64,000 nucleotides of DNA from an uncultured delta proteobacterium (lineage in GTDB: Bacteria > Desulfobacterota > Desulfobacteria > Desulfobacterales > JAFDCJ01), in contig CAVYNY010000018.1 in NCBI GenBank assembly GCA_963769935.1, forward strand, positions 256,001 through 320,000, written 5' to 3'. Every line of letters begins with the position of its first letter. The first letter of the stretch is position 1. Positions 20,201 through 27,932 of this stretch are shown here, piece after piece. Made by a program: the position numbers and the translations under genes. Below the pieces are notes generated by a model. The model was not told the DNA's origin. It saw only the letters and a list, made by a program, of their open reading frames with translations, and searched no databases.

Positions 20201-21094
20201 GTGAATGCGGAAACTCAGAAATTTATGGAAGCGCTTTTTGCGGACAGCAACCTCAATCGGCTGCCAAGCTCATACGGCGGCGGCCGGATTTTTGATGCGC
20301 CCGTGATCGGTGTGGCCCGGGGCGATGACCCGATATTTGTAAAATTCAAGCAGGTCGTGGGACCCGAACACATGACGCCCCTGGAAATGTGGCTTGCCGC
20401 CGCGCTGCCCGCTGAAGACAACCGGGCGGATCGGCTGCGGCTGGTTTCCATTATATTTCCTTATGTCCGCCGCATCCGCCGGGCCGGCAAAACCGCCCGG
20501 GAATTTCCGGCCGAGATTTACTGCATCGGCCGCAATTTCGCCAATGCATTTATGACCGCGGTGCTGCAGCAAACCGTGGCCTTTTTTCAGCACAAAGGGC
20601 TTAACGCACTCGCTGCCATGCTCAGTCCGGCATTTGAAATCATCGTCAAACAGGACCCTATTCGAATCTACTCGAAGTGGTCCGAACGGCACATTGCTTT
20701 TGCCGCCGGCCTGGGCACATTCAGCTTGCATGAAGGTTTGATCACGGATGTCGGCTGCAACATCCGGGTTGCTTCGGTCATCACTGATGCGCCGCTGGCA
20801 GTAAGCGCCCGCCCAAGCGACGCGCCCTATGCCAACTGTCTGTTTTTTGCCGGCAAGAAATGCAAAAAGTGTGCGGAAAGGTGTCCGGCGGATGCCATCA
20901 CGGAAAAGGGCCACGACAAGCTGAAATGTTACCTCTATGGCCGCCGGATAGAAAAAGAAATGAACGACCGGTTAAAGCCGATATTAAAGCCGCATCGCCG
21001 CGTCATCGACGGCCATGAGCAGATATCCTATCCCGTCGGCTGTGCCTTCTGCCAGTTCGACGTGCCCTGTATGGATCGCAATCCGGTGCCGTGA
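20201..21094 (+). CDS. QueG / reductive-dehalogenase-like 2x[4Fe-4S] protein (putative cobalamin-binding)
   Basis: WSERH.A.AAGLGTF.L..GLIT..G..IR..S.ITD.PL, C.....CKKCAERCP..AI and C...GCAFCQ..VPC. Confidence 0.75.
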   Translation: MNAETQKFMEALFADSNLNRLPSSYGGGRIFDAPVIGVARGDDPIFVKFKQVVGPEHMTPLEMWLAAALPAEDNRADRLRLVSIIFPYVRRIRRAGKTAREFPAEIYCIGRNFANAFMTAVLQQTVAFFQHKGLNALAAMLSPAFEIIVKQDPIRIYSKWSERHIAFAAGLGTFSLHEGLITDVGCNIRVASVITDAPLAVSARPSDAPYANCLFFAGKKCKKCAERCPADAITEKGHDKLKCYLYGRRIEKEMNDRLKPILKPHRRVIDGHEQISYPVGCAFCQFDVPCMDRNPVP

Positions 21095-21120
21095 ACATAA
21101 TTGCCGTTCAGGTTTACGTT

Positions 21121-21624
21121 TTAATCCATGATATGCTTGACCAGATGCCCTAATTCCGGAAAAATCAGCTTTTGGCAGGCCAGCTTGCAGGCGTTCAGAC
21201 TGCCGGGAAGGCAGAAGACAACCACATTTTCTACGACGCCGGCGGTAGCGCGCGATAAAAAAGCAGCCGATCCAATCTCCTCAAAACTCAGCATGGCAAA
21301 CAGGGGACCGAAACCGCTCAGTGTTTTGGCAAACAGGGGACTGATCGCTTCTATCGTCACATCTTTTTTCGTGATGCCGGTGCCGCCGGTCAAAATGACC
21401 ACCTGGGGCTGTTCGGTTCGAACAAGATTCTGCAGGGTCGCGGCAATCATAGCCTGATCGTCCGTCACTACCTGATGAAAAACCACCGGATGGCCTTCAT
21501 TTTTGGCCTGCTCACTGATCCAGTTGCCGCTGACATCGTCTATCAGGGCCCGGGTGGTGGAAACCGTGATGATTCCAATCGTGACCTTCCGCGGTGCGTG
21601 CTTTTTATGTTCGTGTGTGCTCAT
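21121..21624 (-). CDS. moaB: Molybdenum cofactor biosynthesis protein B
   Basis: ITVS, D.SG, V.DD, TGGTG.T..DVT.EA, GF..LF, SRA.AG and LPGS. Confidence 0.88.
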   Translation of the reverse strand: MSTHEHKKHAPRKVTIGIITVSTTRALIDDVSGNWISEQAKNEGHPVVFHQVVTDDQAMIAATLQNLVRTEQPQVVILTGGTGITKKDVTIEAISPLFAKTLSGFGPLFAMLSFEEIGSAAFLSRATAGVVENVVVFCLPGSLNACKLACQKLIFPELGHLVKHIMD

Positions 21625-21667
21625 CGCTATCCTCTATAAAGATATGATTTTGCCGTTCTATCTTTTG

Positions 21668-21700
21668 CCTGCCGCGCCGTAGCCTTTTAGGCGAAGGCGG
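21668..21700. repeat. REP-like GC-rich imperfect palindrome
   Basis: CGCCGTAGCC-TTTTA-GGCGAAGGCG hairpin in the moaB-mobA intergenic region. Confidence 0.4.
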
Positions 21701-21935
21701 TGCCTACCACCCTCGGCCATCTGTTTTCTGTAATCTGTTGCCTATATCACTTCCTGCCGCGAGATCAACCCCAATATGCCACCTGCTGGATGCAGGAGAC
21801 AACCGCCTGAATATATCTTGATTTTACACACCAATTCTCTTATGCTCATTCCAAATACATATTTGACTGAATTGATGATAATAAAGCAACAACTTTGCCT
21901 TAATGAATGCTTAAGGTAAGAAAATTAATTCTAAA

Positions 21936-22550
21936 ATGCCCCATCCCTGCACTGGTGTGATATTATCCGGAGGTCTGAGCACCCGTTTTAACGGCAAAAA
22001 TAAAGCCTTTATCAGCGTTGGCGGCATATGGATTCTGGACCGCCTCTATCGGATTTTTTCAGATCTGTTTAGCGAAATCATTTTAGTGACCAACGATCCG
22101 GGGCAGTTTGTCAAATGGGATTTAACGATTGTCACCGATATTTTCCCGGTTCGAAGCTCGCTGACGGGAATCCATGCCGGTCTTTTTTTCATGAAAAATT
22201 CCTTCGGATTTTTCGCGGCCTGCGATACCCCGTTTTTAAACAAAGATCTGGTAGAAGTTCTCCTCGAAAATATAGAAGGAAATAAAGACATCATCATCCC
22301 CGAAACCACCGCCGGGATGGAACCGCTCTGTGCAATCTATTCCAAACGCTGTCTGAATACAGCCGAACATCATATCAAACAAAACAAATTCAAAATTCAA
22401 CGGGCACTGAGAAAGCATCAGTGGAAAATAATTCCGGAATCTCAACTACGCACCAAAGATCCGGAGTTGAAATCGTTTTTTAACATCAACACACCGGGGG
22501 ATCTGGCACGGGCGGAGCAGATGGCGGCAAGGGGAGAGCAGGGAGCATAG
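21936..22550 (+). CDS. mobA: Molybdenum cofactor guanylyltransferase
   Basis: GVILSGGLSTRF.G.NKA, L.GIHAGL, ACDTPF, EPLCAIY and FFNINTP.DL. Confidence 0.9.
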   Translation: MPHPCTGVILSGGLSTRFNGKNKAFISVGGIWILDRLYRIFSDLFSEIILVTNDPGQFVKWDLTIVTDIFPVRSSLTGIHAGLFFMKNSFGFFAACDTPFLNKDLVEVLLENIEGNKDIIIPETTAGMEPLCAIYSKRCLNTAEHHIKQNKFKIQRALRKHQWKIIPESQLRTKDPELKSFFNINTPGDLARAEQMAARGEQGA

Positions 22551-22610
22551 TGCATGGAGTGCGGGATTAACGGGCAGGCGTTCGGCACAAGGCCCACGGC
22601 GTTCGGCAAT
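22533..22610 (+). repeat. Degenerate heptamer tandem repeats at the mobA 3' end
   Basis: GGAGAGC-AGGGAGC-ATAGTGC-ATGGAGT, then AGGCGTT-CGGCACA-AGGCCCA-CGGCGTT-CGGCAAT (7-bp period). Confidence 0.5.
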
Positions 22611-22645
22611 GGAATTTTGTCGTTTGAATACGCGAAGGTGAAACA

Positions 22646-23005
22646 ATGGATATCAATAAAATGATGCAGGAAATAAAAAACCATCCGGATTTCGACAGTG
22701 TCGGAATGGTTCTTTGTCATAATGGGGTGGTGCGGGCGACGTCCCGCGACGGCCGTAAAGTTAAAGGGCTGCGCGTTGCCGCCGATCATGAAAGGCTGCG
22801 ACAGATTTTGGCGGAACAAAAGCAGAAACCCGGCATTCTGGATATCCGGGTTAAAATAGCCGAGGACCGGGATCTATCCGTAGGGGACGATGTGATGCTG
22901 CTGCTGGTGGCAGGGGACATCCGGGAAAATGTGATCGCAGTTTTAAGCGAAACGCTCAATCTCATAAAGTCAACGGTGACGGAAAAAGCAGAATTTTATG
23001 TTTAA
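22646..23005 (+). CDS. moaE: Molybdopterin synthase large-subunit-like protein
   Basis: GMVLCHNGVVR, L.VGDD.M...VAGDIRE and IK.....K.E; sits among Moco genes. Confidence 0.8.
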   Translation: MDINKMMQEIKNHPDFDSVGMVLCHNGVVRATSRDGRKVKGLRVAADHERLRQILAEQKQKPGILDIRVKIAEDRDLSVGDDVMLLLVAGDIRENVIAVLSETLNLIKSTVTEKAEFYV

Positions 23006-23025
23006 AGTAAATAAAAGGAAACATC

Positions 23026-23511
23026 ATGTCTTCATTCACCCACATCGATGACAAGGGGCGCGTCCGAATGGTTGATGTCTCCGACAAGCAACCCACCGTG
23101 CGGACAGCCGCAGCCGGCGGGACGGTTTTAATGCAGCCGGAAACCTTGTCAATGATCGGAGATCAAAAAATAAAAAAGGGCAACGTCCTGGAAACGGCCA
23201 GAATTGCCGGTATTATGGCAGCCAAGAAGACCGCCGACCTCATTCCCATGTGCCATCCCCTGAAACTAACCCACGTGCAGGTCGATTTTGAAGCGGATGA
23301 TGCGAACCATTGCATCGGGATCACAGCTTCCGTGCGCGCAATCGATCAAACCGGGGTTGAAATGGAAGCCCTCACGGCCGTGGCGGCAGCGGCTTTAACC
23401 ATTTACGACATGTGCAAGTCATACGATCGCGAGATGAGCATTTCCGACATTCAGCTGCTCGAAAAAACCGGCGGCAAAAGCGGTACATTTAAACGAAAAA
23501 CGGATCAGTAA
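23026..23511 (+). CDS. moaC: Cyclic pyranopterin monophosphate synthase
   Basis: TH.D..G...MVDVS.K, KG.V...ARIAGIMAAK.T..LIPMCHP, TGVEMEAL, YDMCK and KTGGKSG. Confidence 0.96.
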   Translation: MSSFTHIDDKGRVRMVDVSDKQPTVRTAAAGGTVLMQPETLSMIGDQKIKKGNVLETARIAGIMAAKKTADLIPMCHPLKLTHVQVDFEADDANHCIGITASVRAIDQTGVEMEALTAVAAAALTIYDMCKSYDREMSISDIQLLEKTGGKSGTFKRKTDQ

Positions 23512-23587
23512 TTCGCGGTCGTTCGTGTCAATTCGGGGTTGATAAAATACTAAGAGACTAAGGACATACAGGAAATAACACTCACCC

Positions 23588-24790
23588 ATGACACCTAAAA
23601 TCAAATTTTTCTCTTCGGCTATTGCAGTTTTGGCAACCATCCTCATCCTGCTGACATCCGGCTGCGCACCGACCAAAGAAACGGTAATGGAACGGATTTC
23701 GGCCAGGTATTATCCGAAATTCTCCGATGATATGCGGTTTGACGCTCTGCAATTCAGCATATCACAGAGTCTGGCCTACCTTTATAAAATCCCCGTCGAT
23801 CGGCAGTTCGTTTTTGGAAACGACCGCTATACGGCCCAGCACATGATCCGCTCATTGGAATATTTTCTGGACTATGTTGAAACCCGTCCATCCACAGATG
23901 ATATAGACAAATTTATCCGCTCAAATTACATCGTATACCGTTCGGTCGGACGGAATTCCAATGGCGAGGTACTGTTTACCGGATATTATGAACCCTACTT
24001 AAGAGGCAGCCTCCATCCCAGCAAGGAATATCGATTTCCGATCTATGCCCGCCCGTCGGATCTTGTTACGGTTGACCTTTCGCTTTTCGATGAAAAGTAT
24101 GCCGGTCGGAAGATCATCGGACGCCTGGCGGGCCAAACGGTGGTGCCCTATTATGATCGCAATGAAATCGACTCGGAGGGTGCCCTGGACGGCAAGGCCG
24201 GCGTGCTGGTCTGGGTTAACGATCCAATTGATGTCTTTTTTCTGCAGATACAAGGTTCCGGCAAGGTTTATCTGGATAACGGAGAGGTTTTGAATATCCA
24301 TTATCAGACGTCCAACGGGAGGCCGTATCGCAGCATCGGCACCTTTTTGATAGAAGATAAGCAAATTTCCGTGGATGACATGTCCATGCAAAAAATCCGG
24401 GAATATCTGAACAACCATCCCGATAAAATGACTGTCGTATTCAATTACAATCCCAGCTATGTTTTTTTTAAAGTCGAGCCGGATGGTCCGCTGGGCAATA
24501 TCAACGTCAAATTGACACCGGGACGCTCCATTGCGCTGGATCGCCGTATATTTCCGGCAGCGGCCCTGGCCTTTATCGAAACAGAAAAACCTCTAGTGGA
24601 CGGCTTCGGCCAGATTGAAAACTGGCAGCGATTCAGCCGTTTTGCCTTGAATCAGGATACCGGCGGGGCCATCCGGGGACCCGGACGTGCGGATCTGTTT
24701 TTTGGCAACGGTCCCTATGCTGAAATCGCCGCCGGACATCTCAAACATACCGGGAAGCTTTATTTTTTGGTTTTGAAACCGGAATCTTGA
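23588..24790 (+). CDS. mltA: Membrane-bound lytic murein transglycosylase A (lipoprotein)
   Basis: Lipobox (TSGC), TGYYEP, FFLQIQGSG, NPSYVFF and QDTGGAIRGPGRADLFFG.G. Confidence 0.93.
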   Translation: MTPKIKFFSSAIAVLATILILLTSGCAPTKETVMERISARYYPKFSDDMRFDALQFSISQSLAYLYKIPVDRQFVFGNDRYTAQHMIRSLEYFLDYVETRPSTDDIDKFIRSNYIVYRSVGRNSNGEVLFTGYYEPYLRGSLHPSKEYRFPIYARPSDLVTVDLSLFDEKYAGRKIIGRLAGQTVVPYYDRNEIDSEGALDGKAGVLVWVNDPIDVFFLQIQGSGKVYLDNGEVLNIHYQTSNGRPYRSIGTFLIEDKQISVDDMSMQKIREYLNNHPDKMTVVFNYNPSYVFFKVEPDGPLGNINVKLTPGRSIALDRRIFPAAALAFIETEKPLVDGFGQIENWQRFSRFALNQDTGGAIRGPGRADLFFGNGPYAEIAAGHLKHTGKLYFLVLKPES

Positions 24791-24867
24791 CACCTTACCC
24801 TGAAACAAGTATTAATTATGTCTTTATCTGAGATTTTTTATTTAACCGTTAATTGAAGGAACGAAAT

Positions 24868-25362
24868 ATGTTCGGCATCGGCATGCCTGAAATGATTTTA
24901 ATTCTGGCCATCGCATTAATCGTCATCGGCCCCAAAAAATTGCCGGATCTGGCCAAGTCGTTGGGCCGTGCAATGCGAGAGTTTAAAAAGGCAACCAACG
25001 ATTTTAAAGAAACGATCCAGATCGACAGTGAAATGGCCGACGTCAAAAAGGCGTTTAATGATATCAATGAGGATGTCAAAGAAGCGGTAGATCTTAAACC
25101 CGATCAGAAGGATAAATCGAGCGCCGGGACAAAAGTCGATGGCGAAAATAGTGAAAAGCCACAGGATGTCCCTGAATCCGCATCTGATGAATTTGAAAAC
25201 CTGAAAGATTTAAAAAATGCCTACGATGGTCTGAATTCAAATTCAAACCTATCCGCCACGGATGAAAACACAGCCGTCGATGAAACCACACCGGTCGATG
25301 AGACGCCGGCCGATGATGAAAACAAAAAAGATAAGCTAAAAGGATCCATAGATAATGCATGA
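24868..25362 (+). CDS. tatB: Tat translocase subunit TatB (TatA/B family)
   Basis: MFGIGMPE...I..IALIVIGP.KLP..A..LG, long acidic tail, overlaps the tatC start. Confidence 0.8.
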   Translation: MFGIGMPEMILILAIALIVIGPKKLPDLAKSLGRAMREFKKATNDFKETIQIDSEMADVKKAFNDINEDVKEAVDLKPDQKDKSSAGTKVDGENSEKPQDVPESASDEFENLKDLKNAYDGLNSNSNLSATDENTAVDETTPVDETPADDENKKDKLKGSIDNA

Positions 25363-26119
25363 GGATGAAAAGCTCCCCTTTACCTCTCACCTGGACGAGC
25401 TCCGCAAGCGGCTGATTACCTGCTTTATCGCAGTCGCCGTTGGATTTGTAATTTCTTTTGGATTTAAGGAACGTCTGTTCGGCATACTGGTTCACCCCCT
25501 GATAAACGTCATGAAACAAGGGGAAACACTTATATACACCGGGCTCCCCGAAGCGTTTTTTACCTATCTGAAAGTATCCTTCCTCAGCGGCCTGATCGTA
25601 GCGAGCCCGATTATTTTGTATGAGTTTTGGATGTTTGTGGCGCCGGGCCTGTATAAAACCGAGCGCCGCATGATGGCGCCCGTTGTTCTGCTGTCATCAC
25701 TTTTTTTTATCGGCGGTGCGCTGTTCGGATATTTTTTTGTTTTTCCCTGGGGGTTTAAATTTTTTCTGGCATTTGCCACCGATACCATCCGACCACTGCC
25801 ATCCATGCGGGAATACTTCGGCTTTTCAGCCAAACTGCTGCTGGCCTTCGGGCTGGTATTTGAACTTCCCCTGGTACTGACCTTCCTGGCCAAGCTGGGA
25901 ATTGTCTCGGTTGATTTTTTGAAGAAAAACCGCAAATACGCCATCCTATTAATTTTTACCGCCGCCGCCATTCTGACGCCCCCCGATGTGATCACCCAGA
26001 TCTTGATGGCTGTGCCGTTAATGGTGCTTTATGAAATCAGCATTATCGGCGCCAAACTGTTCGGCAAAAAGAAACCCAAAGAGGAAGAAGCAGAGACTAC
26101 TGAAAAAAGCGCCGCCTGA
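25355..26119 (+). CDS. tatC: Tat translocase subunit TatC
   Basis: HL.ELR.RL, EAF..Y.K, W.FVAPGL...E, FG..FELP, TPPD and LYE. Confidence 0.96.
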   Translation: MHEDEKLPFTSHLDELRKRLITCFIAVAVGFVISFGFKERLFGILVHPLINVMKQGETLIYTGLPEAFFTYLKVSFLSGLIVASPIILYEFWMFVAPGLYKTERRMMAPVVLLSSLFFIGGALFGYFFVFPWGFKFFLAFATDTIRPLPSMREYFGFSAKLLLAFGLVFELPLVLTFLAKLGIVSVDFLKKNRKYAILLIFTAAAILTPPDVITQILMAVPLMVLYEISIIGAKLFGKKKPKEEEAETTEKSAA

Positions 26120-26405
26120 ACCGGAGCGGTTTCTAATTTGAGCAACTCTATTTTAACCAAATTTAAGAAGACGATCATGTAAACATTTTTTTTATCTCTT
26201 GCGTCTATTACAACCGAGAAGCAGCCTGATAGTCTTGACTGGCTTCATACATTGTCAAAATAAATAGCTCGTTATTTATTAAATTGGTTTGCAATTGACA
26301 GGCAACCGCCGGCCTGATAAAGGTATCAGCCGCAAGCGTGAAATGGTTTGGCGGTAAGGAGGATTCGAGGAAAACAGTTTAGAAAAGGAGGGAGACAGGA
26401 AAGTT

Positions 26406-26931
26406 ATGAGGAAGAAACATTTGCTGGTGTCAGGAATTATGGCCGTTGCAGCGGTGTTCATTGCCGCCGGAATTTATGCCACAGCAATGCCGGATGTCAT
26501 CAAGTTGGAGGATCCGGCGTACAAGGAACATAAAAAAGGTGTGGTTGTTTTCAATCACAAGAAACATGCGGACGGTATACGCCAAGGAATTTCCGGACTT
26601 ATATAAAAATGGCTGCGGCGAATGCCACCATGATAAGGACGGCAAACCGCTGACCAATCTCAAAGAGGGCGACGACGTCCAAAAATGCATCGAGTGCCAC
26701 AAAATACCCGGCGAAGCGCCCAAGGGTAAAGAGGCCAAGACAAAACTTTCCAAAAAGGAAAAAATAAAAGAGTATCATGCCGAGGCGCTGCATGAAAACT
26801 GCAAGGGCTGCCACAAGCAATTCAACAAGGAGTATAAACCCAAAAAGGCTCCGACCACCTGCACCAAGTGCCACGCCAAAAAAACCGGTGAAAAAGAAGA
26901 AGACAACGAAAATGAGGAAAAGAGCAGTTAA
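26406..26931 (+). CDS. Tetrahaem cytochrome c3 (type I), interrupted by a +1 frameshift at ~26570
   Basis: Signal peptide and VVFNHKKH in frame 26406; four haem motifs CGECHH, CIECH, CKGCH and CTKCH in the next frame. Removing one G at 26570/26571 gives ...HKKHATVYAKE... Confidence 0.88.
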
Positions 26932-26948
26932 CCGCTTCCTGCATATTT

Positions 26949-26987
26949 AAAAAAAAGGACGGGTTTTTTGAAACCCGTCCTTTTTTT
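26949..26987. terminator. Bidirectional rho-independent terminator
   Basis: A8-GGACGGGTTT-TTTG-AAACCCGTCC-T7 between convergent genes. Confidence 0.9.
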
Positions 26988-27071
26988 GTGCTTTTTCCGT
27001 GGCGAGCAATCCGAATTTCAGGCAGCCGGTTTGAAATCAGACTCTGCCACGGGTTATAGTCGGCTGCCGAG

Positions 27072-27932
27072 TCAAGCCGCCAGCTGCAAAACGACACCGG
27101 CCCAGCCCGCCTCGGTCCCCCTCCAGCGGCAGAACCACTGTTTTTCGGCATAAAACTGCAGCAGATCATTCAGCTCCAGGGTCCTGATGCCGGATATCAC
27201 CAGCACCCCGCCGGATGCGGTCAGTGAACTCAGCTGCGAACGCAACTGGTTCAGACTTGGATAGCGCAGATTGGCAGTGACCATCCGGAAGCGATCGTGA
27301 ATAGCCTCCAGGGGACGCCCGGATATTTCAATCCGATTCTCCAGCGCATTTAGCCGAACATTTTGGCGGGCTTCGGCCAGAGCGCACTCATCGAAATCGA
27401 TGCCAAGCCCGGCCGCAGCTCCCAGACACACTGCTGCGATAACCAGCACCCCCGAACCGCAGCCCACATCCAGAACTACGGCGCGGGAAAAACTGCTTCC
27501 GGCACATTGCCGCCGCAGCACCATCTCGATTCCCCGCAGCGCCAGCCGGGTGGTCGGATGCCGGCCGTCGCCGAAAGAAGCGCCGGGCTGAATCTGCACC
27601 ACCGCCTCATCCGGTCCGGGGAAAAAACTGTGGCCCGGAGGGTGCAGCACCACAAACTGCGATACTCTCCGGGGTCGATTAAAAGACAGCTCCAGATAGG
27701 TGGAACCGAATTGATAGGTGTATGCAAGCTCCCCGTCCGAAACCAGATTCCGGATAACGGCCTTGATCTGTTTTCTTGCCAGCCCATATTTTTCAGACAG
27801 GCTTTGGCCGAGAACGGACGGTGTTAATTTGGCGGGCGATACTGCGATCGCAGCGGTTATATACCTGCGGATCTGATATTCGGCCAACCGTTTCGGGTCA
27901 TCACCGGCGGTTTTTTCTGAACTGGATTGCAT
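27072..27932 (-). CDS. PrmA-type SAM-dependent protein methyltransferase with an atypical winged-helix (DsrD-like) N-terminus
   Basis: PG.SFG.G.HPTT, VLDVGCGSGVL, A..N...N, ANL and SGI; ATG 27932 overlaps the dsrN 3' end, so the start is approximate. Confidence 0.82.
   Translation of the reverse strand: MQSSSEKTAGDDPKRLAEYQIRRYITAAIAVSPAKLTPSVLGQSLSEKYGLARKQIKAVIRNLVSDGELAYTYQFGSTYLELSFNRPRRVSQFVVLHPPGHSFFPGPDEAVVQIQPGASFGDGRHPTTRLALRGIEMVLRRQCAGSSFSRAVVLDVGCGSGVLVIAAVCLGAAAGLGIDFDECALAEARQNVRLNALENRIEISGRPLEAIHDRFRMVTANLRYPSLNQLRSQLSSLTASGGVLVISGIRTLELNDLLQFYAEKQWFCRWRGTEAGWAGVVLQLAA

Noticed and set aside
21625..21935. Moco riboswitch or Mo/W regulator box between moaB and mobA
   Set aside because: Only generic hairpins are visible; I could not match a known motif by eye. 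An Rfam scan would settle it.
26560..26580. Programmed ribosomal frameshift in cytochrome c3 (and in glgB at ~50269)
   Set aside because: No slippery heptamer at the junctions or evident stimulatory structure; single-base insertion errors are simpler.
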